64,000 bases of DNA from an uncultured beta proteobacterium (GCA_963828595.1 CAWHEN010000010.1:29048-93047); one strand, 5' to 3'. Shown: positions 1 through 10,597, counted from the stretch's first letter. Translations and numbers: made by a program. The notes: generated from the sequence alone by a model not told the origin.

Positions 1-1
1 G

Positions 2-238
2 ATCTTTCGTGATCTTGCCGAAGACGGGCGCTTTGTCGAGCGCTACATCATTGCTTCGTGGGCAGAATATATTCGATTGCGGTCAAGGATGACGACGGGG
101 GACCGAAAGCTCCAGCAACACGTTGAGCAGTTCCAGCGGCCGGGTGCTCCCATCCGCATCTCGCGACTGATCGGCCTCAAAGCGTTGGATGTCGAATCGG
201 CTGCCAGCGACCAAAGTTCGGAGCGGCCGTCGAGCTAG
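2..238 (+). CDS. 3' end of a transporter gene (probable MFS-type C-terminal tail), 5' truncated by the window edge
   Basis: Frame 2 is open from the window edge to TAG 236-238. The peptide ..DGRFVERYIIASWAEYIRLRSRMTTGDRKLQQHVEQF.. resembles the cytoplasmic tail of one MFS subfamily (from memory, not searched). A small hairpin follows at 249-263. Confidence 0.4.
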   Translation: MFRDLAEDGRFVERYIIASWAEYIRLRSRMTTGDRKLQQHVEQFQRPGAPIRISRLIGLKALDVESAASDQSSERPSS

Positions 239-405
239 GTTCCACCAAGCGGCAAATTGCCGCATCCGGGTTTGCGATGTTCGGACGTCGTCGCCCGAAG
301 TACCAAGGCCTGCTAACAGATCGTTTCGGGTCGAAAGCCTAACGCTTCGCGACTCGTTAAGCATCCCGTCCATATTAGGGTTGCAGCCCCCAATTTGATT
401 GGTTT

Positions 406-501
406 GCGGAGCAGAGTTTAGACTACGTGCATGATCCGATGTATCTCTCCGACAGACTGTTAATCCGCAGGTTCCAGGTTCGAGCCCTGGTCGGGGAGCC
501 A
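406..501 (+). ncRNA. tRNA-Asn(GUU)-derived tRNA-like element lacking a D-arm; 446-501 folds as acceptor stem + anticodon arm + T-arm + CCA
   Basis: T-arm CCAGG-TTCGAGC-CCTGG (474-490). The 3' acceptor strand TCGGGGA-G-CCA (491-501) pairs with TCTCCGA (446-452). The loop CTGTTAA (457-463) has anticodon GTT and the 3' stem strand TCCGC, as in bacterial tRNA-Asn. There is no D-arm and no canonical 5' half. A terminator follows directly. Confidence 0.45.
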
Positions 502-509
502 ATCTACAT

Positions 510-545
510 GCGGCCCGCAGCGATGCGGGCCGCTTTCCTTTTGCT
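510..545 (+). terminator. Rho-independent terminator directly after the tRNA-like element (could also act bidirectionally for the 568-762 gene)
   Basis: GCGGCCCGCA-gcga-TGCGGGCCGC, a perfect 10-bp stem, followed by TTTCCTTTTGC. Confidence 0.6.
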
Positions 546-567
546 CCGCAACATCAGACAGGAGCGG

Positions 568-762
568 CTAGTTCACCGTTGTGGTAGCGACCTGCGTCGC
601 GGCTGGCGACAAATCGCCAGGTTGCAGCACCGCGATGGCGGCTACGACGGACAACAATACCGCGATCGCTCCCGCGCTTGCCATCGCGCGCCAGCGAGCG
701 ACCAAGCGTTGATCTTCAGGCGACAGGTGGTCGTATATGGAGTTCATGTTGGCGGATCTCAT
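568..762 (-). CDS. small hypothetical membrane protein (64 aa, one predicted TM helix)
   Basis: ORF with a GAGGAA-like RBS upstream and the hydrophobic stretch AGAIAVLLSVVAAIAVL. No family recognised. Confidence 0.35.
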   Translation of the reverse strand: MRSANMNSIYDHLSPEDQRLVARWRAMASAGAIAVLLSVVAAIAVLQPGDLSPAATQVATTTVN

Positions 763-1032
763 GTTGGCGTTCCTCGTAAGAGAAAATGGCCCAAACGGCT
801 TGCGCTGTATCGCAAGTCGCTTGCAACACAGACTCTATCGGTGAGCGTTGTCGGATGACAGCGACAATTCCGGCCTGGAAATGCGGAAAACTCACATTGC
901 CAAACGCAAAGCCAGCCGCGCCGCAGGCCGAATCTCTGCCCGCATGAGTGATGGCCGAGGGGGCTCGCGGTAGCTGTGACGCCGACAGGATTTCGCTGTT
1001 TCGCCAGTTTCGAATCGCACGCGCTTCAGCCG

Positions 1033-2136
1033 TCATGCCCTTAGCGCCAGCATCGCCTTCATCACTTCCGGGTCGTCCCAAGGGGCGTCGACGCGGAAGT
1101 CCTGCAGATAGCGGCTTTGAGGGTCGCGAAGCCACTCCTGTGGAAAGTGGGCGATCAAATGTTCTTCACCTGGGGCGAGGTCTCGGCGGCCCGACTGCGG
1201 CTGGCCGTTGACCGCGGCATATAGCGCAGCACAGAGATCGACGGCGATCATGCCGCCCAGAGGCGTCGCGGGCGTGGCTCGCCGATTAATTTCGAGAAGG
1301 TAGGCCCTGCCAGTGTGGGCGTCGACGATGTATTCGAGGCCAAAAAACCCGCTCATGCCGAGGCCGATCGCAAGCCGCTCAGAGAACTGCCGAATTTCTG
1401 GCATGTGCAGGCAGCGAACCACCGTTGCCGGTCCAAGTGGCGGATGCGTTACCAGCTTCTCGCGCACAAAGCCGGCCAGCACCGTCCCCTCCCAAGCCGT
1501 CATCGCTTGAGAGAAAACCTTTCCCGACACATGCGCTTGAACCAGCATGCGCGCGTCCCCCGCGCTCTCGAGATCCGTCGTTTCTGCCGCGGCAAAGCGC
1601 GCATAGGTACTTGCGAGCTCGACGGGGTCGGAAGCGATTGCCACCCACTCTCCGGCCGCGCCGTGGCTTCGCTTCAGGACGACCGGGTAACCACAAATTG
1701 CCGCAAAGGCGTGTGCCTCATTAACGTCGGCAGCGATAGCGTACTGCGGAACGCGCACGCCCAGCGCTTCAGCGGCCGCCGGCAGCCGTGCTTTATCGAC
1801 ACTTGTACGAAAATACTCAGGGTTACCCAACGACTCACGCACCAACGCGGAGAGTTCAGCGTGAACCCCTGGCTGCACGCCGGGCGGCGGCGACAACGCG
1901 AGCAGTTGCATCAGCCGGACCGCGGTGTCGTCGCACGGAACAACCAGACGCGGCGAGGTGGTCTTGACCATGGCCGCGAACGCAACCATCCAGTCCCGCG
2001 CCGTCGCATCGGCGGCGAGATGCCCGATCTTTGCAACGTAGCGGCTCTTTTCCGCCAGCGACCCGCGTGGCACAAGCAGCGCGACTTTGATCCCGCCCGA
2101 CTCAGCGCGCTCGGCATTCGTGCCGCAGCGAGCCAC
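1033..2136 (-). CDS. ATP-grasp domain protein
   Basis: Intact 367-aa ORF. ..GYPVVLKRSHGAAGEWV.. and ..FFGLEYIVDAHTGRAYLLEINRR.. are typical ATP-grasp nucleotide-binding segments. Confidence 0.8.
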   Translation of the reverse strand: MARCGTNAERAESGGIKVALLVPRGSLAEKSRYVAKIGHLAADATARDWMVAFAAMVKTTSPRLVVPCDDTAVRLMQLLALSPPPGVQPGVHAELSALVRESLGNPEYFRTSVDKARLPAAAEALGVRVPQYAIAADVNEAHAFAAICGYPVVLKRSHGAAGEWVAIASDPVELASTYARFAAAETTDLESAGDARMLVQAHVSGKVFSQAMTAWEGTVLAGFVREKLVTHPPLGPATVVRCLHMPEIRQFSERLAIGLGMSGFFGLEYIVDAHTGRAYLLEINRRATPATPLGGMIAVDLCAALYAAVNGQPQSGRRDLAPGEEHLIAHFPQEWLRDPQSRYLQDFRVDAPWDDPEVMKAMLALRA

Positions 2137-2407
2137 TTTGTTGCGGTCGCGACCAACAGTACGAACTGCCCCTTCACCGGTCGACGACCAGATGGTTCAT
2201 TGGTTGCACGCTGAGGCCCCCTGTTCTTCCCGGTTGCTGCGCGGCGGTGCTCCCGCTGCCGGGCCTTAGTGAAAATTATCGCTGATCCACGTCGCAGATG
2301 CGAGGTCTAACCGCCGGTACGCGCACCCGCGACGACATTGAGCTGTTTGCCGCGCTGTTCGGCCTGCCTTCATCAGAAACAGCATCCAATGTCCATTCCC
2401 GGCACGG

Positions 2408-2608
2408 TCAGCAGCCTTCGCGCGCGCCCAGCTTGCGCACGATGGTTTCCATCAGGCACCACTGGGTAAGCGCGCTTTGCAGCAGGTTGGCGCCGACGAA
2501 GGCGGTGAACGCGAGCCACCACTGGCTGACGAATATCGGGCTGCCCGGGATGCCCAGTGCGAGCGACAGCAGGATAAAGTGCCGGCGACGAGGCGGACGA
2601 TTTGCCAA
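2408..2608 (-). CDS. DUF2892 (YgaP-like) small inner-membrane protein
   Basis: Two hydrophobic segments and a ..LLQSALTQWCLMETIVRKLG tail typical of DUF2892. Lies 4 bp downstream of the RND gene. Confidence 0.6.
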   Translation of the reverse strand: MANRPPRRRHFILLSLALGIPGSPIFVSQWWLAFTAFVGANLLQSALTQWCLMETIVRKLGAREGC

Positions 2609-2612
2609 GAGG

Positions 2613-5600
2613 TCATGCGGGTTCTCCTTGAAGGGTTGGGCCGATGCGGTTGCGATAGGCCACGTAGTAAAGGACGGGAATGACCACCAGAGTCAGCAGG
2701 GTGGAGACAAAGATGCCGAAGATCAGCGAAATGGCCAGGCCGTTGAAGATGGGGTCGTCAAGGATGAAGAAGGCGCCGAGCATCGCGGCCAGGCCGGTCA
2801 GCATGATCGGCTGCGCGCGCGTGATCGCGGAGTGGACGACCGCTTCCTTGAAGGCGACGCCTTCGCGCACCTGGATGTTGATGAAATCGACCAGCAGGAT
2901 CGAGTTGCGCACGATGATCCCGGCCAGTGCGATCATTCCGATCATGCTGGTCGCCGTGTACTGCGCACCGAGCAGGGCATGGCCGGGCATTACGCCGATA
3001 ATCGTCAGCGGGATCGGCGCCATGATGATCAGCGGGTGAGGTAGGAGCCGAACTGCGCGACCACCAGCAGATAGATCAGGACAAGGCCGACCGCATAGGC
3101 GGCGCCCATGTCGCGAAAGGTTTCGTAAGTGATTTGCGATTCTCCGTCCCATTTGATCGAGTAATCGCGATAGGGATCATCGGGCTGACGAATGAAGTAC
3201 TCGACCAGCGAACCGCCGCCAGGCGTTGCGATTGCATTCACTTCGCTGCGCATAGCGAACACTCCGTAGAGCGGGCTGTCGATGCGGCCAGCCATGTCGG
3301 CTACGACGTAGTTCACTGGCAGCAGGTCCTTGTGGTAGATCGGCTGTTCGCGCTGCGCGTCACTCACGGTCACCAGTTCGCGAATCGGGACCAGCTTCCC
3401 CGAGGCGGAGCGCACGCCTAGTTGCAGCAACGAGTCGAGATCGCCTTGTTGCTCGGCGGGCAGTTGCACGGTCGCCGCCGCTGGATATTTGGTCTCGTCA
3501 TGCAGGTAGCTCGTTGCCTCGCCGGCCAGTCCGGCCCGCAAGGTGCTGACGATGACGTCCTGCGGCACACCGAGCATCGCGGCCTTGCGGCGATCGACGA
3601 GCAGGAGCGTCTTCGGCGCTGCGGCGATGCTGCTGTCGTCGACATCGACGATTCCCGCGGTCTGGTCGAATTTCGCACGTACAGCCTTGGCAACGTCGCG
3701 GCGGCCTTTCGCCTCGGGGCCGTAGATTTCCGCGACAATCGGTGCCTGCACCGGCGGACCCGGCGGCACTTCTACGACTTTCACATTGGCGCTGAAACGC
3801 TCGCCGATCTTCTGCAGCCCCGGCCGCACCCGCGTCGCGATGGCGTGGCTCTGTTCGCTGCGGTGATGCTTGTCGACCAGATTGACCTGGATATCGCCGA
3901 CGTCGCCCCCGCACGCAGGTAATACTGGCGCACGAGACCGTTGAAGTTGATCGGCGCGGCGGTGCCGGCATAGGCCTGGTAGTCGATGACCTCGGGTACG
4001 GTGGCCAGGTAATTGCCGAGTTCGTGCAGAACCGCCGCGGTTTGTTCCACCGGCGTGCCTGCGGGCATGTCGACGACGACCTGGAACTCCGACTTGTTGT
4101 CGAACGGCAGCATCTTCAGCTGCACCAGCCCGACGGCCGGCAGCACAAGGGAAACGGCGATCATCACTGCGACACCCAATCCCAACAGTCTGCGGTTGCG
4201 CTTGCCGCGGACGTCATCGAGCAGCGGGCGAAAGATGCGGGCGAAGACCGGAGCGATCTTGGCCGCAAGGCCGTGCGGCTTCGCCGGATCCGCGACGCGT
4301 GCGGCGCCTTGAGCCATAGCCGCGACAGCCACGGCGTAACGACGAAGGCAATCGCGAGCGACAGCAGCATGCCCATGCTTGCGTTGATCGGAATGGGACT
4401 CATGTACGGCCCCATGAGGCCGGAGACGAAGGCCATCGGCAGCAGCGCTGCAATGACCGTCAGCGTCGCCAGAATCGTCGGCCCGCCGACTTCATCGACT
4501 GCGCCGGGAATGATCTCCTCGAGCGGCTTGCCGGGGAACAGCTGCTGGTGGCGATGGATGTTCTCGACGACCACGATGGCGTCGTCCACCAGGATGCCGA
4601 TGGAGAAGATCAACGCGAACAGCGACACGCGGTTCAGCGTGAATCCCCACGCCCACGAGGCGAACAGCGTCGCCGCCAGCGTCAGTATCACCGCGCTGCC
4701 GACGATGGCGGCTTCGCGTCTGCCGAGCGCGAGGAACACCAGTGCGACGACCGACGCGGTGGCGAACAGCAGCTTCTGGATGAGCTTCTGCGCCTTGTCA
4801 TTGGCGGTGGCGCCGTAGTTGCGCGTTTCTGCGACCTCGACGTCGTGCGGGATCGACGGTGTTGCGCAACATCTCCACGCGACGCATCACGGCGTTGGCT
4901 ACGTCGATGGCGTTCTCGCCCGGTTTCTTGGTGATGGCGATGGTCACGGCCGGATACTCGCCGCCGTCCTTGCCGGCGACGCCCTGCCAGACATAGCGAC
5001 TCGGCGGAAGGGGGCCGTCACGAATGGTGGCCACGTCTTGCAGGAAGATCGGCTTGCCGTCGCGCACGCCGACCACCAGTTCCGCGACATCGTGGGCATC
5101 CTTGAGAAACGGACCCGATTCGACCGCGACCGCGCGATTGGCCACCAGCAATTCGCCCACCGGCAGACCGAGATTGGCCGACTGCAGCGCCGTCCGAAGA
5201 TCGGGAACGGTCACGCCGCTGCCGGCCATTCGCGCCGGGTCGATTTCGACCACCACAGCACGCCCGGGTCCACCTATCGTATTCACTTCGCGCGTACCCG
5301 GCGACCCGCTTGAGATCGGCCTCGATGCTGTGGGCGACCCGCTCGAGGTCAAAGGCGCTGATCGCGGCGTTCTTGCTGTAGAGCGTCAGCGTCACGATCG
5401 GGACGTCATCGATGCCCTTGGGCTTGATCAGCGGGCTCTGGACCCCCAAGCCCTTGGGCAGCCAATCAGCATTGGAATTGACGGTGTCGTAGAGTCGCAC
5501 CAACGCCTCAGTGCGCGGTACTCCCACCTTGTATTGCACCGTCACTATGGCGAGGCCGGGCCGCGAGACCGACATCACGTGTTCGATGCCGGCGATCTGC

Positions 5601-5836
5601 GACAGCACCTGCTCCGCGGGCGCGGCCACCATCTGTTCCACATCACGTGCCGATGCGCCGGGAAACGGGATCAGCACGTTGGCCATGGTCACGTTGATCT
5701 GTGGCTCCTCCTCGCGCGGCGTCACGAGCACGGCGAATATGCCCAGGAGCAAGGCGCCGATGGCCAGCAGCGGCGTGATCTGCGCCGTCTGGAAATAGGC
5801 GGCGATACGACCGGATATACCGAGCGTCTTGCGCAT
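2613..5836 (-). pseudogene. RND efflux permease (AcrB/CzcA superfamily), one gene split into 6 ORF fragments by about 5 frameshifts
   Basis: Track ORFs 5018-5905, 4798-5352, 4164-4739, 3781-4332, 3029-3829 and 2613-3152 join colinearly into one ~1070-aa RND protein (N-term MRKTLGISGRIAAYF.., C-term ..VIPVLYYVAYRNR). Breaks near 5297, 4865, 4325, 3915 and 3035. Confidence 0.85.
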
Positions 5837-5846
5837 ATCGTGGCGT

Positions 5847-6897
5847 TCAGCGCTCACGGGCAGCGGCCTGTGGATCCAATGCGACGCGTTCACCCGCGGT
5901 GACACCGCTCAATATCTCCACGGTGTCGTCGACGGCGCGGCCGAGCCGCACCTGCCGGAGGATGGGATGCCCGTTCGAATCGAGGACGTACAGCCGGTCA
6001 TTTCCGCGCGGCGGACAATGGTCCCGCCGGGTACGTAAAGCCGGGGCGTGGCCAGCACCTTGCATCGGTAGCCAGACGCGCGCAAAGGTGCCCGGTGTCA
6101 GGTTTCCGGCCTGCGCAGGAAGGTCGAGCCGGATCTGTGCGGTGTGGGTGCCCGGATCGGCCGTGGGCAGCACGGTTACGTCGAGCCGGCGCAACCCATT
6201 GGCGATCTGCCGGCAGGCCGGGGAACTGGATCTTCGCTGGCTTGCCCGGGGCGATCCTTGCAATGTCCGTCTGTGGAACCGCGGCGGTAACACGCAATGC
6301 GGCGGGATCGTAAAGAGTCAGCAGCGCGCGGCCAGGCATCGCCATGTCGCCGAGCGTGATGGGAACGTCCGCAATCACGCCGCCATAGGGTGCCCTGACC
6401 ACGAAGAAACCCGATTGCGCGCGCGCGGCGCCGGCTTGAGCCAATTGCGCCGAAACCTGCGCCTGGGTCGCCTTGAACTGCGCTTCGGCGCGCTCCAGGG
6501 CGGCCTGGCTGGTGTAGTTCTTCTCGAAGAGCTGCTTCTGGCGCTCGAATTCCTTGGTCGCCACTTCGAGCGTGGCGCGCGCGGACTGGACCTGCGCGTC
6601 GCTGGCGGCGACGTTCTGCTCGGCCGCGCGCGCGTCGATCCGTGCCAGCAGCTGACCGGCTTTGACGACATCGCCAGCCTTCACCTCGATCGCGACGACC
6701 GCGCCAGGCACCTGCGCGGACACGACCGTTTGCCGGACGGCTTCGACGACACCATCAAAGCTGGCGGACTCGCCCGTGCCCGGCGATTGCACGACGGCGG
6801 TCGCCAGTGCGGGCGCGGCAGCCGTGCCGGTGGCAGGGCCGAGCAAAGCCGCGAAAACCGCGAAAACCGCTGCACCCAACAGCCAGGCCTTCAACAT
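5847..6897 (-). pseudogene. RND-system periplasmic adaptor (membrane fusion protein, HlyD family), frameshifted
   Basis: Signal peptide plus a coiled-coil region (..ARIDARAAEQNVAASDAQVQSARATLEVATKEFERQKQLF..) in 5998-6897. The C-terminal beta-barrel part (..LYVLDSNGHPILRQVRLGRAVDDTVEILSGV..) is in frame 5847-6293. Breaks near 6230 and 6000-6060. Confidence 0.8.
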
Positions 6898-7047
6898 CCC
6901 ACTACTCCTCGTCGACCCATCTACGCCGGCAGCTAATACCGGCAGGGTTGCTATCCGTCATCGGTTGATATATTATTTAGCTAATCACGCAAATAGTCAA
7001 TAACAAGTTTAGCCAACAATGCCAATACAACGACCTTTTGAGGCATC

Positions 7048-7440
7048 ATGAGCGTCAGCCAACCACTGAATTGTCCCGGTATGAAAGGTCTGCCCCCCGA
7101 AGCGCTGGAGGAGGTTGCGGCGTATTTCCAGACGCTGTCCGAGCCGACCCGCCTGAAAATCCTGAACTACCTGCGTGAGGGCGAGCGCAACGTCGGAGAA
7201 TTGGCGGAGCTGTGTGGCTACACCGCGGCGAACGTTTCGAGGCACCTGGCCATGCTGTCCAAGCACGGCATGGTCGCGCGCGAAAGCCGCGGGACCAGCG
7301 TTTATTACCGCATCGCTGATGACCAGATCTATGCGCTCTGCGACCTGGTCTGCGGCAATATCGCGCGCCAGTTCGAGCAAGCGGCGCGCGACCGCAGAGC
7401 ATTCGTCCGGACAGCGGCACGCGCCGGCAGGCAGAAGTGA
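7048..7440 (+). CDS. ArsR/SmtB-family transcriptional regulator
   Basis: ..FQTLSEPTRLKILNYLREGERNVGELAELCGYTAANVSRHLAMLSKHGMV.. is a canonical ArsR winged HTH. Divergent from the MFP-RND operon across an AT-rich 150-bp spacer. Confidence 0.9.
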   Translation: MSVSQPLNCPGMKGLPPEALEEVAAYFQTLSEPTRLKILNYLREGERNVGELAELCGYTAANVSRHLAMLSKHGMVARESRGTSVYYRIADDQIYALCDLVCGNIARQFEQAARDRRAFVRTAARAGRQK

Positions 7441-7473
7441 CGATCCCGCCGAATGGCGCCGAAACTTGGGCCG

Positions 7474-8720
7474 TCAATCGCTTGTCGACACGCGCCGCAC
7501 TTCGAGACGCGCATCTGGCAGCCGACCGGGCGTCTCGTCCAGCAGAGGCGAGGGCTTTCCCTTCAGATAGCGGTTGAAGAAGGCGAGCGTGTAGGCGTTG
7601 GTTTCGGCAAAACCCCGATAGGGGTCGATGGGACCTGCAAGTCCGATCCAGCGAACGATCGGTGTCCAGATCGGCGCATCGGTCCAATTGACGTGAAACA
7701 TCCCGTTCATGCTGACGTAATAGGCATCGGCAAGGTTGTGCTCGAACAAGGCGCGCTGGGTGTCGACGGTGTGCACGATCTCGAACTCAGGCCACCCGCC
7801 GACCTTGCTGCGCTCGGCCCGGATGACGTCGGCGTCACGACCGATGATCATCAGCGGCTGCACCAGCCCATCTCGCGCGACGGCCGCTGTCTTTCCGGCG
7901 TCACCGCAAGACAGGCGCGGAATCTTCGATCGCGATAGCACGCTTCAGGAGCGACATAGCCGCCCAGTGACACGCCGAAGGCGCCGGCTCGGCCGGCGTC
8001 GATGTGACCTGCCAGGATGGGGTCGTCGTGGTCGAGGATCTCGACCTGATCGAGAACAAACCGCAGATCATCCGCGAGGAACGGGATAATGCCGCCCGGA
8101 AGCACGACGCCATTCAAGATCGGTGACTGGCTGGACGCATGCGACAGAGCGATCGGCATGTAGCGATCGAGCACAGGCTTATCGATGACCCGGATCACCC
8201 GCCCGCCCGGGAGCACGGTTGCCGCCGCGGTTCCAGGCTGGTCAAGCCCGACGACGACATAGCCATGCGAGGCGAGTTCTTCGATCCAGAACAGGCTCGA
8301 GTCTCGAAATACCGTAAACCCCGCCGGGTTGACGAGAACGGGGAAGCGCCCCTCCGCGGCGGGTGCGTCTCGCACTGCGTGCGTTGGCGCGTGCTCGACG
8401 TTGGCAAGCAGGAACGCCGGGACATGTAGACGCATGGCCAGCACCCGGAGGGGCTCGCTCGAATCCATATAGGGCTGCGGCGTGCCCCGGCCGGTCGTCG
8501 GATACCAGATCTGCACCACCAGCTCGCGGTGATCGCCGGGGCCGGCCGTAAACGGCTCGGGTCGCGTCGGGTCGGTCCAGGAATAGGTGCGCGTGCCGAC
8601 GCCATAGGCGCCGGTCGGCCGCGGGAACCGCGGCGTCGGAAAGACAAGCACCCACAACGCAACGCCCACCGCTATCGTTGCAAGCAAGCCAACGATGACC
8701 ACTCTGACCGCTGAGATCAT
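7474..8720 (-). CDS. alpha/beta hydrolase, PAF-acetylhydrolase-like / dienelactone-hydrolase-like, one frameshift near 7890
   Basis: N-terminal TM helix, nucleophile elbow GVSLGG, ..RFRACLAV.. then continuation in frame 7474-7941 (..PLMIIGRDADVI..). Confidence 0.7.
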
Positions 8721-8758
8721 CACAACATCGCGACGGCAGCCGTGGTCCGTTGCGGCAT

Positions 8759-9673
8759 CTAGGCCTCGCCCATCTGCGCCAACATTCGTGGCCATCCATC
8801 GCGAACACTCGGAAAGCGCGGCGCCCAACCCGTCGCGCTGCGGAGCTTGCGGTTGGACAGGCGAAGGGACCGAGCCATGGCTTCGCCAACGGATCCGAAG
8901 AGCGGCGTCGCCCAGCTCGGCAGGAATCGCGGTGGCTTAAGTCCGAGGTCTTCTGCGAGCGATCCGAAGTAGACCGCGCGCAGAACCGGCTCGTCGTCGG
9001 CCACCGTGTACGCGCCGGAGGGGGCGTTCAACGCGGCGACGACCGCGGCTGCAGCGTCATCGTGCGCGATCGAGGAGATATATCGGTCGGGTCCTCCGGG
9101 TAAGGCTGCCCAGCCGATGCGCAGGATGTCGATGTAGCTCCTGACCTGCATCGCATCCGGGCCGTAGAAAGCGGCAAACCGCAGGGCGACGCCTTTGCCG
9201 CCGCCGGCGGAAAATCGTTCGACCGATTTCTCCGCGTCGACAACGGTCCTGTTGTAGTCCGCCGGTTCGAGAGGCGTCTGCTCGTCGATCCAGCGGTCTC
9301 CACGATCCGGATAAGTGAGTGCGAAAGACTCCTGCACGAGCGTGCCGATGCCACAGCGAAGCGCGGCCTCGACGACGTTCGCGACCCCTTCGCGCCTGAG
9401 CCGATCGTTGAGACGCCAGGCAGTGCGAAACAACATCTTCCACGTTGGGGAGGGCATGTGCGTCGCGAGATTGATGACCGCGTCGTGGCCCGACACCGCC
9501 TGCTTGAGTTGGTCGACATCGAAGAGGTCGACCTGCACGAATGTGGCACCGACCTTCTCCGATGGAGAAGGCTCGTTATGTGCCATGGCGGTAACGGAGT
9601 GTCCCTGAGCCAGCAGCAAGGGAACGACCCGCCGGCCGATGACACCGGTGGCCCCGCTGACAAAGATACGCAC
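8759..9673 (-). CDS. NAD-dependent epimerase/dehydratase family (extended SDR) protein
   Basis: MRIFVSGATGVIGRRVV.. Rossmann motif GxxGxxG; intact 304-aa ORF. Confidence 0.85.
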   Translation of the reverse strand: MRIFVSGATGVIGRRVVPLLLAQGHSVTAMAHNEPSPSEKVGATFVQVDLFDVDQLKQAVSGHDAVINLATHMPSPTWKMLFRTAWRLNDRLRREGVANVVEAALRCGIGTLVQESFALTYPDRGDRWIDEQTPLEPADYNRTVVDAEKSVERFSAGGGKGVALRFAAFYGPDAMQVRSYIDILRIGWAALPGGPDRYISSIAHDDAAAAVVAALNAPSGAYTVADDEPVLRAVYFGSLAEDLGLKPPRFLPSWATPLFGSVGEAMARSLRLSNRKLRSATGWAPRFPSVRDGWPRMLAQMGEA

Positions 9674-9854
9674 TGACTTTGGTCCCTAAACCGTAGCGAC
9701 CGTCCGCTCTCGAATAGGTTCCGTCACCGTGCAGTCCTACGTCAAATTCGGACCCGTGCCGATGGACGATATTGCGGGATCGACGTAGATTTTGATGGCA
9801 GGGACGGGGCCCGTGGGCTTAGGGATTCTCGGTATTTCCGACAGAGGAAGGTCT

Positions 9855-10064
9855 ATGAGAACGATGACATGCAAGGAACTTGGCGGAAAGTGTGACCAGA
9901 AGCTTTCCGCTGCATCATGGGAGGAAATGGTCAAGGTTATGACAAAGCACGTCATGGAAAAACATCCGGATGTGGCGAAGCAGATGGAAAAGATGCACGA
10001 GGACGATCCGAAGAAATGGGGCAGGGAAATGAAGCCCAAATGGGAAGCGACGCCGCAGACTTGA
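9855..10064 (+). CDS. DUF1059 small protein
   Basis: MRTMTCKELGGKCDQKLSAASWEEMVKVMTKHVMEKHPD.. matches the DUF1059 pattern. GAGGAAG RBS at 9844-9850. Locally lower GC. Confidence 0.75.
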   Translation: MRTMTCKELGGKCDQKLSAASWEEMVKVMTKHVMEKHPDVAKQMEKMHEDDPKKWGREMKPKWEATPQT

Positions 10065-10068
10065 TACT

Positions 10069-10515
10069 GTGATGGTCGAACAGAGCCAAACGTCCGACGA
10101 AGCTCAGATCCGGTTACTGCTGGACGAATTCAGAAACCTGCTTCGGGTCAAGGACAGTGACAGGTTCATGTCGCTCTATTCACCGGAAATCGTGGTGTTC
10201 GACATTCCGCCACCACTTCAACGCGTAGGCAGTAAGACCTACGGCAAAGCTGTTCGGGAGTGGTTCGACTCGTATCGAGGTCCAATCGCGTTTGAGACTC
10301 GTCACTTGAGCATTGCCGTGGGTGCTGATGTGGCATTCAGCCACAGTCTGATCCGGACAAGCGGAACCATGAAGAGTGGGCAGGTAATCGATCGCTGGCA
10401 ACGCTGGACCCTTGGTTTGCGCAAGATCGGCGGTAAATGGCTGATCGCGCACGAGCACGTGTCGTTGCCCGTCGAGCGGAAGTCCGGCAACGCGGTGCAG
10501 GACTTGCAACCGTAA
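10069..10515 (+). CDS. SnoaL-like / NTF2-fold (DUF4440-like) protein
   Basis: 148 aa; ..IRLLLDEFRNLLRVKDSDRFMSLYSPEIVVFD.. and ..GKWLIAHEHVS.. are typical of the ketosteroid-isomerase-like fold. Confidence 0.65.
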   Translation: MMVEQSQTSDEAQIRLLLDEFRNLLRVKDSDRFMSLYSPEIVVFDIPPPLQRVGSKTYGKAVREWFDSYRGPIAFETRHLSIAVGADVAFSHSLIRTSGTMKSGQVIDRWQRWTLGLRKIGGKWLIAHEHVSLPVERKSGNAVQDLQP

Positions 10516-10597
10516 CAGATCGGCGGCGTCTTCGCTCGCGCAACCCCGCCAGCACGTTATCGCTTGCGAATCGGAGCGGGTCTCGTCGTTGCGCCGA

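Noticed and set aside
406-501. A canonical tRNA gene (tRNA-Asn or tRNA-Sec, given the 96-nt conserved block).
   Set aside because: No D-arm is present, and no 5' acceptor strand lies at the expected distance. The only strand complementary to the 3' acceptor sits directly against the anticodon arm. The length and stems do not fit the 8/5 Sec structure.
239-501. A tmRNA (ssrA), one-piece or permuted, ending in the T-arm/CCA.
   Set aside because: There is no GGGG-type 5' acceptor strand, and position 3:70 is U-G rather than the G3:U70 identity pair. I found no tag ORF ending in ..LAA-stop. Only about 260 nt are available after the upstream gene stop, and a terminator rather than a coding piece follows the CCA.
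568-2136. An ATP-grasp ligase plus a downstream 64-aa ORF as a graspetide/microviridin-type RiPP pair.
   Set aside because: The small ORF has a TM helix and no Thr/Ser-Lys/Asp/Glu core motif or repeats. It is separated from the ligase by 270 bp. No protease or transporter typical of RiPP loci is present.
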